From: Eledone cirrhosa
Lineage: Eukaryota
Length of the DNA: 64,000 nucleotides
Direction of reading: 5' to 3'
NCBI GenBank assembly: GCA_964016885.1
Contig: OZ024741.1
Location: 279,558,001 to 279,622,000, forward strand
Position numbers and translations under genes: made by a program. The notes beneath the pieces are model-generated. The model did not search any database and was not told the origin of the DNA. It worked only from the letters and a program-made list of their open reading frames with translations. The first letter of the stretch is position 1. Each line of letters starts with the position of its first letter. This document shows positions 40,785-56,107 of the stretch, in pieces.

Positions 40785-40899
40785 TATAGTTTCCATTTGT
40801 TAATATCGTATATATATATATACTTTTTTCCATATAAAACAAGTAACATTCAAAGACCAACCAGATGTGAGAAAAACCACAGACCCTCTATCTCAACTC

Positions 40900-40940
40900 T
40901 ACTTTTGAAAAGCAGAAGAACTGCGAAACCGGTAAAGGAA
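40900..40940 (+). ncRNA. Degenerate hammerhead motif
   Basis: CTT-TTGAAAA-GCAG AAGAA CTGC-GAAA-CCGG-TA-AAG; two substitutions relative to a CTGAAGA core. Confidence 0.45.
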
Positions 40941-41096
40941 CCAAATAAATATATATATATTTTTTTAAATAAGACTCCAGTTGCATTTTCGATTTCATCT
41001 TTTATTCTTTATACTTTCACTTGTGTAGGACACCGGTTATTTTTCATTTTGTAAAAAAAAAACCTCACTTTCTAATATATATATATATATATATAC

Positions 41097-41183
41097 GTTC
41101 AACAATCTGGCAGGAATGTATACGTTGCTGACGATAGCTAATAAGCTTGAAACTAGTACAGCGTTCCTTTGTCAGTGTTGAAC
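41097..41183 (+). ncRNA. Type-I minimal hammerhead ribozyme, copy 1
   Basis: CGTTG-CTGACGA(41128-34)-TAGC TAATAA GCTT-GAAA(41149-52)-CTAG-TA-CAGCG; stem I extends GTTCAACAATCTGGCAGGAA/TTCCTTTGTCAGTGTTGAAC; predicted cut after 41158. Confidence 0.85.
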
Positions 41184-41448
41184 AAACGAGCAACGATGGT
41201 TGCTGGACACTACAGCTTAATACGGGATGTTTGTTTACAAACACACCGGGCATTATAATAAATGTTCGGTGAATCCATACGTACATATATATATGTGTGC
41301 ATGTATGTATATATATATATATATATATATACTACTGTACGTCTGTATACATATATGTATGTACGTGTACATACTTATATTTAAGTAACAGCCATACTAA
41401 GAGTGGGAAATGAAATTTCATTTCATTTTTTCCGTTTATCGTTTTCAG

Positions 41449-41512
41449 TGCACCCGGCCGATTAACCCACTCGATATGCAAATTGGGCTACTCAGCCGTT
41501 AATATGCACAAG
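41449..41512 (+). other. Candidate 64-nt exon inside the ribozyme repeat unit
   Basis: TACTAAG 41395, 43-nt AG-free zone with a pyrimidine tract, TTTTCAG| acceptor, AAG|GTAAGT donor. Confidence 0.55.
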
Positions 41513-41524
41513 GTAAGTATATAC

Positions 41525-41611
41525 GTTCAACAATCTGGCAGGAATGTATACGTTGCTGACGATAGCTAATAAGCTTGAAACTAGTACAGCGTTCCTTTGT
41601 CAGTGTTGAAC
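41525..41611 (+). ncRNA. Type-I minimal hammerhead ribozyme, copy 2
   Basis: Identical to copy 1, core CTGACGA 41556-41562, GAAA 41577-41580, predicted cut after 41586. Confidence 0.85.
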
Positions 41612-41913
41612 AAACGAGCAACGATGGTTGCTGGACACTACAGCTTAATACGGGATGTTTGTTTACAAACACACCGGGCATTATAATAAATGTTCGGTGA
41701 ATCCATACGTACATATATATATGTGTGCATGTATGTATATATATATATATATATACTACTGTACGTCTGTATACATATATGTATGTACGTGTACATTATA
41801 TATATATATATACACAGATATTATATGCAAGTAGATGACCAGTTAGGGTATTGTAACTGGTAGATCTCGAAGTATCCTGAGGTAAACACTCAACATCCTG
41901 AAGTAAATATGGG

Positions 41914-42080
41914 GAGGGGGCTGAAAAGTTCCTGGCTTTGGGTAAAAGAAAATACAGGAGGATCAGGTAATGATTTTGTTCAACATATTACCCTCTCGGA
42001 TTTACACATTTCAGGGAATCTAAATCCCCAGTAAAGGCAACAGCTCTACTCTTAAAGCCAGGAACTTTTCAGCACCCCTC
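41914..42080. mobile_element. mariner-type MITE
   Basis: TIRs GAGGGGGCTGAAAAGTTCCTGGCTTT / AAAGCCAGGAACTTTTCAGCACCCCTC. Confidence 0.8.
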
Positions 42081-43033
42081 ATATATATAATTTGGCTATG
42101 GCCCACAAGTAGGTAAATCCTGCCCTGCTTATTAATATGGTATGGTCCCATAACTCCTGATGGAGTCATAGGGGCACCATAGTGACATACAATATTTCTT
42201 GGCCTTAAGCTTGGTGGAGCCCATCCTTCAACAGAGATGTAGAGGAAGAATTGACCCCAGTACTTGACTGGTACTTTTTTTATCAACCTCAAAAGCATGA
42301 AAGCCAAAGTTAACTGTGGCAGGATTTGAACTCAAAGAGCCAGAACAAAAACCACAAAGCATCCTATCCGACTGCCAATTCACAGCCATATCTTAGAATG
42401 ACTCTTGTGAAAATACTATATATACATAGATATAGTATTCTAATAATGTGTTTCTGCATGCATGAGCAAGCGAGTTGAGTTGGTGACAATAATAAATAAT
42501 AGTAAAATTTGAAAAAATAATATGAGTGTATGGGAGAAATGTGTGTGCATTGGACATCTTAAAAATACGAGGTCACACAAAAAAAGCTATAGTCGTAGCA
42601 ACCGTTGACAAGAAGATAATGTTGAGTGCGTGTGTATGTTGAGCAGACAGGGAGGGGAGGGGCTGATGTCCACAGAGAGAACAGGAAATGGGGTATCATA
42701 TGTTGTATGAAAAAGATCTTTGTAAATAAAATAAAATGACTATTGATGTAAATAACAATTCCATAGGAACTAAACCTGTAAATCTAACTCCAATGTTTGG
42801 ACAATAAACATTGTCAAAAATGTCAAATAAAAAATAGTCGGAATACTTATACCGCCAATTACTTATACGTATAATTTAGCATGTTTACACACACACACAC
42901 AGACAGATGCATACGTACCTATATATATAATACCTACATTCCCCAATTAGTGTTGGAGGGGGGAGATCACAGCTAATAAAGTACTCAATACATTGGTAGA
43001 GTAAAGGTATATTTTATTTTATTTGCGACCACA

Positions 43034-44280
43034 TGCCCATGGGAACTCCTATATGCGGATGATCTCGCACTTATAGCTGAATCTATGGTGGAACTAGAGA
43101 AGAAATTCCAAACATGGAAGCAGGGACTAGAAAGAAAGGGTCTCAAAGTCAACCTGACAAAGACTAAAGTTCTTGTAAGTAGACAAGAAAACAGAACCCA
43201 GATCCCTCGGGGAAATGGCCTTGCTCAGTATGTAGGAAATGTGTAAGTAGGAACTCCATCCTCTGCTCCAAATGCAAACAATGGGTACACAAGAGATGTA
43301 GTGGGATCTCAGGAAGTTTAACTAAGAATGTAGGTTTCACATGCAGCAGCTGTGCTGGGACAGCAAGCAGCAAACAGCCACAGGAAACAAGCACTACCAA
43401 ACTCTGGGAGGACTCTGTAGAGACAGTAAACAGCTTCAGCTACCTAGGTGACCAAATTAGCAGCGGAGATGGGTGTTGGGAAAGAACAATAACTAGGGTA
43501 AGAACAGGATGGAAGAAGTTCAGGGAGCTACTGCCACTGCTAGCTGCAAAAGGCTTTTCCCTGAAAATGAAAGGCAGACTGTATGATGCATGTATACGAA
43601 CAGCAATGTTACATGGTAGTGAGACCTGGGCGCTGTCTGTAGAAAACTTGCACAGATTAGAAATAAACGAAGCTTCCATGCTCCGATGGATGTGTAATAG
43701 TAATATACGGGAACGGCAAAGCATAAACGAACTGAGAGATTGAGCATAAGAGGAATCAAATGCTGTGCGCAGGAGAGGAGGTTACGTTGGTATGGACATG
43801 TGATGCGTATGAAGGATGACAGCTGCATAAAAAGGTGCAGAGCACTAGAAGTCGATGGAAGCCGCGGAGTGGAGAGACCCAAGAAGACCTGGGATGAGGT
43901 GATAAAAGCCGACCTTACACAATTGCACCTCTCAAGGGCGATGACACACGACCGTGACCTCTGGCGTCACGCAGTAATACAGAAGACCCGACTTCCCACA
44001 GGAACAAGCCAAAGCTAAAGCATATAGACAATATGCCCCCACCAAGTGGTCGTGGAGGTGCCACGGCAAAAAAAGCACCCAGCCCACACTGTAAAGTGGA
44101 CATGTAGGCACCACAGAAAAAAAGCACCCAGCACTCACTGTAAATGAGTTTGGTGTTAGGAAGGACATCCAGCTGTAGAAATCGAGCCAGAATCAGTTCC
44201 TGCCCACAACAGGACAACCCGTTTAACCAATGCTAGCGTGGAAGAATGGACGTAAAACAGTGATGACGGTGATGATGATA
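43034..44280 (+). mobile_element. 5'-truncated RTE LINE
   Basis: [17 protein letters not shown], Cys/His insert, MLHGSETW, frameshift near 43740, 3' UTR and (GAT)n tail. Confidence 0.95.
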
Positions 44281-44749
44281 GAAATGAGTTCTACAGGACT
44301 AGAACTGATCCATTCATATGAAATCATTAAGACTTTCCTGATGATTTCATACAAATGAAGGCCAAAAGACAGGCATGGAAATTATGGTAGAATGGAGGAA
44401 GTAAAGAGCACTACCAGAATGTTAGGAGAGAAGCAAGAAGGGAAGCAGAAAATAAATTTAAATGTTCTGCAACGTGAGGACCAAAGGTGTGAAGTGTTCA
44501 GGATTGTGGGGCCTACATTTTGCTAATATATGATGCTGCACTCTACCAAGTGCATTTTATCATGACACTCTCACTAGAGAATTTGTCATGTTTTTTACAC
44601 ATAAAAAAGTCCTCCAAACCCTTTATATGGCAGGTTTTCTACGGCTGGTTGTGTCGTCGACACAACTGAAGAGTCCTTCCATTCTATCTGCAAAACATAT
44701 GCAATACTCAGTATGCAATCAGTTAGAATGTTAATGCTCAATCAATCAG

Positions 44750-45260
44750 GATTCTTCTTCGCCCACTTATTCCTGGGAAGGTCTTGTGGGCTGAATCCTC
44801 AAACAACACCTTCCAGCCGGTCTTGTCAGAAGCAACCATCTCTAACTGATCCAGCTGGATCCCCAAGCAAGACAGCCAAGCTCAGGGCTATTATCCAACC
44901 ATCTTGCTTGGGTGAGTCTACCCCTGAGTCTCCTGCTCATTGGTTTTACCCGTAAAACCTGTCCAGCAATTCTTTCTTGAGACATTCTAACAATATGTGC
45001 ATAATATTGGAGCTATGATCTCTCAATTCAGAAAAGTAGCAGCTCTACCTGGACCTGGAGTAACTCTCTAATATCCAAACTACACACTCTCGAGAAATGT
45101 TACTCAAAAGACCCTTTGAAGGAACCCATTTTGAGCGCTTGTATTCATGATCATATTCCTTTGGTCATTACCCAAGATTCATGACCATAGGTAATAATTG
45201 GTGCCAATATCGAATTGAAGATAGAGAGTTTAGCTTTTCTTCTGATGACTGAATGCTAAA
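44750..45260 (-). mobile_element. Degraded LINE 3' part (same family as 5021-5195)
   Basis: Reverse complement homologous to 5021-5195. Confidence 0.6.
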
Positions 45261-45709
45261 GCTGCACCAGTTCCTGCAATTCTTACACTGAAAAGCATCA
45301 CATAATATATTCACTTCACACAGAGATCATAAAATCACATTGCTATGATATCTATGATACCGGGACTTTTCTAAACAGCGTTGGTAATGATTGGGGTTAT
45401 TTCAACAATTTTTTTTACACAACTAGAAGTGAACTTCCAAGCAACATATGACTTAGGCAGGGGTCAAAGGTGGAAATAAATATTATAAACAGTAAGGGAA
45501 TGCAACTTATCTCCCACTGTGACATATATGAATGTGCGTATATATACACACACACACACACACACAGTGTACTGCCACAACAAAAAATAAGAAAAATATG
45601 CGAAAACGTGTTATTGATGTTGCTGTCTACACACACAAAATACATATATATATATATATATATACATATGCATGCATATACACATTTATATAGGTCATAA
45701 ATGCAGAGG

Positions 45710-46515
45710 ATATATGGAAACTGGAGAAAAATGAAGCAATCATGCTCCGTTGGATGTGTAATGTTAGTGTGTATGAACAACAGGGCATGTATAAACTGAG
45801 AGAAAAACAGAAAAAGTGGAATCAGATGTAATATGTGAGAGAGAAGACTTCACTGATATGGACATGTGATGAATATGGATGATAAAGACTGAGTGAAGAC
45901 ATGCAGTAGAGGAAGACTGAGAAAAACCTGAGCACCAGTGAACATGATGAAGGAATTCTAAGAGCAGAGGGAGGCTATGATGCAAAGGACCCGTCCAACA
46001 CATGAAAGCATAGGTTTAAAGTGATGATGATGATATATATGGTGGATGTAGACTTGTTGCCAAGTATGACCACCTTTTACATTCCATGCTCCTCTACAGA
46101 TGTAATGCTTGCCTACCTGTCATGGGCTTTTAATTGGCTATTAAGGCTCTATTGCAGATCCTACAGGTGTACAACACCATGTTACATATTTCTTGATAAC
46201 CACTCGTAAGTGACATGTTCAACCAACAGATTTCCTTACAGGTTAGACACTTTTGGATGTATGATGTTAATGTGCAAGAACGACAAAGCATGGATGAACT
46301 GAGAGAGAAACTGGGTATAAGATGAATCAAAAGTAGTGTGCAGGACAGGAGACTGTGCTGGTATGGACATGTGATGTGCATGTAATCACAGTGGGAGGAA
46401 GCCAAGGAAAACCTGGATGGAAATGGTGAGAGCTGATCTCAGATCGCTAAGGCTGATGGAAGCAATGACAAAAGAACACAAGTGGAGAGATGCTGTACTA
46501 AGGACCCATCCAACT
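45710..46515 (+). mobile_element. Two heavily degraded RTE C-terminal fragments
   Basis: MLRWMCNVSV, YGHVM and ELREKLGI motifs at 45710-46035 and 46250-46515. Confidence 0.7.
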
Positions 46516-48426
46516 TCAAGTAGTTAATCAATTCAGCTCTAGACAACACTTCCTTGATTCCTTGTGTTATGTCTTCCATCTTGCGAGCTGAACAGAGCAA
46601 CTTTGTATGAGAGATGACAACTTCCCTAGTGTTGATGCCACGATAAAATGCATGCATTCAGTAGAAAGTGTGATTGTATTTCACGCACCTTGCCCAGCAG
46701 AAGATAAGAGCTCCACTTAAGTACTGATTGGTCTGTGACAACATATCCAACTCTTGCTAGGGGGGAAAATGAATGTTAAACAATGATATCGATGTCTCAC
46801 ATGTCTTTGGTGGCTAGTCCATGTTTCATATGTATAATCAAGTATTGTAATGACAAGACTCATAAACACCTCAGTACTTATGTGTGTGTCCTGTTGTGAC
46901 TGCATTCAAGCATCCAACATACTGAAAATCATACTAGCCCTTGCCACCCTTCTCCAGATTTCCTTGACTAACATAGCAAAATATGAAAGTATACTGCCTA
47001 GGCAAATGAATCAATAAACAGAAGCAATTCCGTGCCACATAATGAACAATGAAGGCTCATAGTAGGATGCTCTCAAAAGCAAGAGTGAATATTACTTCTA
47101 TTTAGACAAGCTCGTTGAGTCCCATTACAGTGCAAACACCAATATTTATCCAGTGTCACAGTCATAGAAACCAATTAAGTTGAAGCAGAGATAGCACTTT
47201 AAACTTCACTCTACAACAAAAATTGGACATGTTAGTTTACCATTGAAATTTATCCTTAGTCTTGTATTGTTGTGGAACGATTTTAAAATGTCAACAAATT
47301 TGGGTGGGTAGCCAAGCTTTCCTATAATACAATCCAAATTGTCTTTCTATAAACTGTATCAAAAGCTTTTGTAAGATCAATAAACACCTGATAACAAAAA
47401 GCACCCAGTCTACCCTGTAAGGTGGCAGAGCTGGTGCTACAACAAATTGCATACAATGCACACAGTAAAGTAGTTGGCATTAGGAATGGCATCTAGCAAA
47501 TGAGCAAGGTGTAATCCCCTAATCTGTCGAGCCACAAAGTGACAGCAAGCATGGAAAATAGATGTTAAACAGTGATGATGAAAATTAATCATGCGGTTCA
47601 ATCCTGAAATTGCTGCACATTAAGAATCATGTCCATTGTCCTGCTTGTCATTTTAAAGCCACATTGTCTTTCTAGTAGGAGTACACATTTGATGAAATCT
47701 ATTCAAATTATCTTCCCAATCACTGAAAGTAAAGAGATACTCCAATAGTTTCCATATTTCCTTTTCATACCCTTATCTATATTTAGTAACGTAACATAGC
47801 ATCTTTCCCAGTTTTGATGGATGGATAATCCTTGCCAAACATGTATTAGATGATAATTCTAATTTAGACATTTGAAGGCGGACAAAGTTGATTATATTGA
47901 TCCCAGTACATGACTGGTTCTTTATTTTATTGACACCTGAAAGGATGAAAGACAGTTGATCTTCATAGGATTTGAACTCTGAATGTAAAGAACTGGAACA
48001 GATACCGCACAGCACTATTTGGTACGAAAGATGTATTAGGCGATGAATAATGCCAGCCAATTTGCCATAAAAAATAATGCCATAAAAAAATTTCAAGAGA
48101 TTTCCCATCAATTTCATTTAGTTGATCCCTTTCTTCACTGAGGCTGAAAAAGTGGTTTGGATCTTAGTATTCTGATCCTTCTTTGTCAACTACAGATGTA
48201 ATGAGCGATATCTCAAGCTCATTCATCTACATCTTTCAACAAATCATACATGCAACCAATATCCTTCCTATAAGACACTGCCTGAATTGTACTAGCTTTT
48301 CCTGCCCACCAGCTGTCTGCCTTTGTCAATCTAAACTTGCATTGCCGGTTCCCTTTCATGACAACAAACTGTACCCCCAGTACATTTCTGAGCCACAGGA
48401 ATATCTGGTTGTAGAAACTTAGCAAA

Positions 48427-48657
<231 letters not shown>

Positions 48658-49117
48658 AAGACATATGCATGCATACATACATATATATATATTATTATAA
48701 AATAAGTATGACGTTAGTTTTAGTTCTCACCACCAGGACTTTCTTCATAACTATCTTAATATTAGAGTTGTACTTGTCTGGCAAGTGACTTTATCTGAAT
48801 GTGTATGTTGAAACTAAAGTATTTACATCATGGAAGGGTCATTTTAGCCATTCAAAAAGACAAAAACAAATAAAACCTGTTATATTCAATTTACATTTAT
48901 TTCTTGGTGTCAAAATATTCTGTTGTCGACCTTATCACTGATAGTTCCAATGATAAACGTAAAGGGGAGAAATTAACGGCTTTTGTGTGTGTTTGAATGG
49001 TTAAAAATCACCGTTTCATTCCACGATATAATTGCTATACTTTCAACACACTGTCTCAACTCAAGTGACTTGTCAGACCAGTACAACTCCAAAATATCTT
49101 AATGATGTATATATCTG

Positions 49118-49197
<80 letters not shown>

Positions 49198-49389
49198 GGG
49201 GAGTGCAACTTGAAGTTACTGTAGGTTCACCCAGGTGAGCACTCGATGTTTAGGTTCACGTCAGTAGCGAGGTATAGAGCTAGACAGAGTCTGTGTGTGT
49301 ATGTACATACACACACATTATATATAGATAAATCTTTTAATGAAATTTTGCATAGATACGTTTTTTAATGAGGTAAATTACGATCATGT

Positions 49390-49427
<38 letters not shown>

Positions 49428-49829
49428 TTCATTGGTGGATACTGTTCTGTTTGTTAATGCTTTCTGTTACTGAAATACTTTCAATTTATCTTTGTAGTAT
49501 GTTAGACGTAAATTATTTTTCATCATTGGTTGATTATGTCAGATTTTCTGCTGGAAAGTAGCGACGTTCCTACAATTATATATTGATGGGGGGGTTCAAC
49601 AATATTACCATCATCTACATCTTCGAAAACGGATCTCTGCATAATTTCACTGAAAACACATGCATTATTAAAGTTATGACTAAACAATGTCCGGGTTGAG
49701 GGGCACAAACTTGCATACATACATACATACATACATACATACATACATACATACAAATATAAACACACATATACATTTATATATATATTAGTAGTGTTTC
49801 TATGTACGTGTATAAACACGAATATAATC

Positions 49830-50381
49830 ATACGCACACACATATATATATACACACATATATATATATACACATATATATATATATATACACACACATA
49901 TATATATATATACACACACACATATATATATATTTACACATATATATATACATATATATATATACACACGTACATATATATATATATACATATATATATA
50001 CACACGCACATATATATATACATATATATATACACACGCACATATATATATACATATATATATACACACGCACATATATATATACATATATATATATACA
50101 CACACGCACATATATATATACATATATATATACACACACGCACATATATATATACATATACACACATATATATACACATATATATATACACACACATATA
50201 TATATATACACATATATATACATATATATATACACACACACATATATATACACATATATATATACACACATATATACATATATACATATATATATACACA
50301 TATATACACACACACATATATATATATATACACACACATATATATACACACACATACACACACATACACACACACACACAT

Positions 50382-50412
<31 letters not shown>

Positions 50413-50443
50413 TACACACACACACACACACACATACACATAT

Positions 50444-50492
<49 letters not shown>

Positions 50493-50644
50493 AACATATA
50501 TATATATATATACACATATATATACACACACACATATATATATACATATACACATATATACATATAGACACACACATATATATATATACACACATATACA
50601 TATATACACACATACATATATATATATATACATATATATGCATA

Positions 50645-50676
<32 letters not shown>

Positions 50677-51084
50677 TATATATACACACATATATACATA
50701 TATACACACATATATACATATATACACACATATATACATATATATATATACACATATATATACACACACATATATACATATATATATATACACACATATA
50801 TACATATATATATATACACACATATATACATATATACACATATATACATATATACACATACACACATATACATATATACACACATATATACATATATATA
50901 CACACATATATACATATATATACACACATATATACATATATATATACACACATATATACATATATATACACACATATATACATATATACACACATATATA
51001 CATATATATACACACATATATACATATATATACACACATACATATATATACACACATATATACATATATATATACACACACACA

Positions 51085-51122
<38 letters not shown>

Positions 51123-51366
51123 CACACACATACATACATATATATATACACACACACACACATATATATATATACCTACACACACATATACACATATATA
51201 TACCTACACACACACACATACATATATATATACCTGCACACACACACATACATATATATATACCTACACACACACACATATACACATATATATACCTACA
51301 CACACACAGATATACACATATATATATATATGCACACACACACAGATATACACATATATATATATG

Positions 51367-51408
<42 letters not shown>

Positions 51409-51569
51409 TATACACATATATATATATACACACACATACACATATATATATATATATACACACACACATATACATATATACACACACACACACATATACA
51501 TATATATATATATATATATACACACACATATACACATATATATATATATATACACACACACATATACAC

Positions 51570-51604
<35 letters not shown>

Positions 51605-51731
51605 TACATATATATATATACACATATATACATATATATATATACACACACATATATACATATATATATATATGCACACATATATACATATACACACACA
51701 CACATATATACATATATACATATATATATAC

Positions 51732-51763
<32 letters not shown>

Positions 51764-51909
51764 GCACACACATATATACATATATACACACATATATACA
51801 TATATATATATATACATATATATATACACACACATATATACATATATACATATATATATATACACACACATATATACACATATATATATATATACACACA
51901 CATATATAC

Positions 51910-51942
<33 letters not shown>

Positions 51943-53357
51943 CACATACATATATATACACATACATATATATATATATACACATGCATATATATATATA
52001 CTCACACATATATATACTCACATATATACACTCACATATATACATATATATATATATACACACACATATATACATATATATATATATACACACACATATA
52101 TACATATATATATATATACACACATATATATACATATATATATATATACACACATATATATATATACACACACATATATACATATATATATATACACATA
52201 TACATATATATATATATACACACATACATATATATATATATACACACATACATATATATATATATACACACATACACATATATATATACACACATACACA
52301 TATATATATACACACATATATACATATATATATATACACACATATATACATATATATATATACACACATATATACATATATATATATACACACATATCTA
52401 CATATATATATATATACACACATATATACATATATATATACACACACATATATACATATATATATATACACACATATATACATATATATATATATACACA
52501 CATATATACATATATATATATACACACATATATACATATATATATATACACACATATATACATATATATATATACACACATATATACATATATATATATA
52601 TACACACATATATACATATATATATATATACACACATATATACATATATATATATATACACACATATATACATATATATATATACACACATATATACATA
52701 TATATATATACACACATATATACATATATATATATACACACATATATACATATATATATATATACACACATATATACATATATATATATATACACACATA
52801 TACATATATATATATATACACACATATATACATATACACACACATATACATATATATATATACACACACACATATATATATACACAGACATACATATATA
52901 TATATACACACATATATATATACACACACACATATATATATACACATATATATATACACACATATATACATATATATATATATATACACATACATATATA
53001 CACACACACATATATATATATATACACACACACATATATACATATATATATATACACATACAAATATATATATACACATATATATATATACACACACATA
53101 TACATATATACACATACATATATATATATACACACATATATACATATATATATATACACACACATATATACATATATATATACACACACATATATACATA
53201 TATATATACACACACACATATACATATATATATACACACACACATATACACATATATATACACACACATATATACACATATATATATACACACACATATA
53301 TACACATATATATACACACACATATATATACATATATATATACACACACACATATAT

Positions 53358-53396
<39 letters not shown>

Positions 53397-53403
53397 TATA
53401 TAC
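49830..53403. repeat. 3.6-kb compound (TA)/(CA) microsatellite
   Basis: Almost uninterrupted pyrimidine-purine alternation. Confidence 0.98.
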
Positions 53404-54322
53404 ATCATCATCATCGTTTAACGTCCATTTTCCACGCCTGCATGGGTTTGGACGGGAGTTTTCCCACTTAAGGCAAGATTTGTTGTCCTGCTCGTATAGG
53501 ACTGTCTGGCGGGTTTTTTCTACGGCTGGATGCCCTTCCTAACACCAACCACGTTTACAGTGTGGACTGGGAGGTTACCTACACGGCCACATTACAGCGT
53601 GGACTGTGTGTTTTTTTTTTTGTGGTGAGACCTACACGACCTCATTTGTTTCGGACTGGATGTTGTGGTACCAACATAACTTCACATTTGGTGTGGATGG
53701 GGTGGGGGTAGTGGAACGGGGGGAGGGGTGTATTTTGTTAGAGGTGCCTACTGACTGTAGGTTTCACTTTGTACTTAGGCAAGGCGGGTCTTCTGTATGA
53801 CTGTGTAGCACCAAAGATCTCGGTCCAGTGACATTGTCTTGGGTTTTTCTGGGTTTGCCTACTCCGTGGCTATCAGCTATTTTTATCGCCCTGCACTTTT
53901 TTATACAGCTGTCGTCTTTCATGCGCATCACGTGACCATACCAACGTAGTCTTCTCTCGAGTAAACAATATCTGATCCCTCTTATTCTTAATTTTTCCCT
54001 TAGTTCGTTTATGCTTTGCCGTTCACGTATATTACTATCACACAACCAGCGGAGCATGCAAGCTTCGTTTCTCTCCAGTCTGCGTATATCCTCTGCACAC
54101 AATGCCCAGGTCTCACTGCCATGTAACATTGCTGTAGGTATGCAGACATCATACAGCCTGCCTTTCATTTTTAGAGAGAACCCTTTAGCGGCCAATAGTG
54201 GTATAAGCTCTGAACCTTTTCCATCCAGTTCTGACTTTAGCTACAGTACTTTCAGAGCACCCTCCACCACTGCTGATTTTGTCACCCTGGTAACGGAAGG
54301 TGTCCACTATTTCTATAGTACC
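53404..54322 (-). mobile_element. 5'-truncated RTE LINE
   Basis: ORF 53764..54195 [15 protein letters not shown]...[11 protein letters not shown]; same subfamily as 57197-58566. Confidence 0.95.
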
Positions 54323-54324
54323 AT

Positions 54325-55215
54325 CTGTACACACACATATATAGATATATACATATATCTACACACACACATATATATACACACATATATATATACACAC
54401 ACACATATATATACACACACACACACACACACATCTATATACACACATATATACACACATACATATATACACACATATATACACACATATATACACATAT
54501 ATATACACACATATATATACATATATATATATACATATATATACACACATATATATATATACATATATATACACACATATATATATATACATATATATAC
54601 ACACACATATATATATACATATATATACACACATATATATATATACATATATATACACATATATATATATATACATATATATACACACATATATATACAT
54701 ATATATACACATATATATATACATATATATACACACATATATATATACATATATATACACATATATATACATATACATATATATACACACATATATATAC
54801 ATATATATACACATATATATACATATATATATACATATATATACACACATATATATACATATATATGCACATATATATACATATATATACACACATATAT
54901 ATATATACATATATATACACACATATATACACACATATATACATATATACACACACACATACATACATATATATACACACACATACATATATATATATAT
55001 ATACACACACATACATATATATACACACATACATATATATACACACATACATACATATATACACACACACACATATATACACACACATACATATATACAC
55101 ACACACATACATATATACACACACATACATATATATATATATACACACACACATACATATATATATAGACACATACATATATATATATATACACGCATAT
55201 ATATATATATATACA

Positions 55216-55263
<48 letters not shown>

Positions 55264-55595
55264 TACATATATATATAGACACATACATATATATATATAT
55301 ACACGCATATATATATATATACACGCATACATATATATATATATACACACACATATATACATATATATATATACACACACACATATATACATATATATAT
55401 ATACACACATATATACATATATATATACACACATATATACATATATATACACTCACATATACATATATATACACACACACATATATATATACACACATAC
55501 ATATATATATATACACACACATACATATATATATATACACACACATACATATATATATATACACACACATACATATATATATACACACACGCACA

Positions 55596-55644
<49 letters not shown>

Positions 55645-55647
55645 ACA
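54325..55647. repeat. Compound (TA)/(CA) microsatellite
   Basis: Direct inspection. Confidence 0.98.
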
Positions 55648-56107
55648 TGGTGGCTGCCAACTCGTTTTCGAGTACGGCCACTACTTTATATCCATGTAGG
55701 AGAACCCCTGCCGATGCGCTGAACAAGTGTGACTTTTTAGTCCAGCCAGCAACTTGAAAACTCTGGTACAAACACTACACTTGTGACAATTATTGACACA
55801 TAGTGCTGGGCCCATGGTACCAGATATAAAGCAATGCCTGTGCCGTGAAGCTTTTATAGTGAGTAAAGGTACTGCACAAAGCCAGTCCCACTCTCTTAAC
55901 CAAGATGATATTTACCAAAAAGAAGAACAAGTCAACATCATTGGATACCATCAGGGTTGCTGGTGTTATATCAGAGTTTTCCTTCTCCTAGAATTCTGGC
56001 TTGACAAAGGCTAAGGGGTCATCTCACCCGGTGATTTTGGATGGCCATTGACTCTGAAGAGCTCCTTTGCCCTTTGACAGGTTTTGTTTTTAGTCCTGCA
56101 GGATGTC

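Larger units (their letters stand above)
41090..41796 (+). mobile_element. Retrozyme/Penelope-pLTR-like tandem element, 428-nt unit x about 1.65
   Basis: 41090-41372 repeated at 41518-41796 (identical except 4 nt of TA run); one hammerhead per unit; flanked by (TA)n. Confidence 0.8.

Noticed and set aside
49590-49660. Minus-strand exon EIMQRSVFEDVDD
   Set aside because: Acceptor plausible but donor weak and no supporting context
55648-56107. Structured unique island as an HDV-like or twister ribozyme
   Set aside because: Hairpin at 55649-55682 and homology to 34413-34468 seen, but no ribozyme pseudoknot could be assembled; likely a dispersed repeat relic
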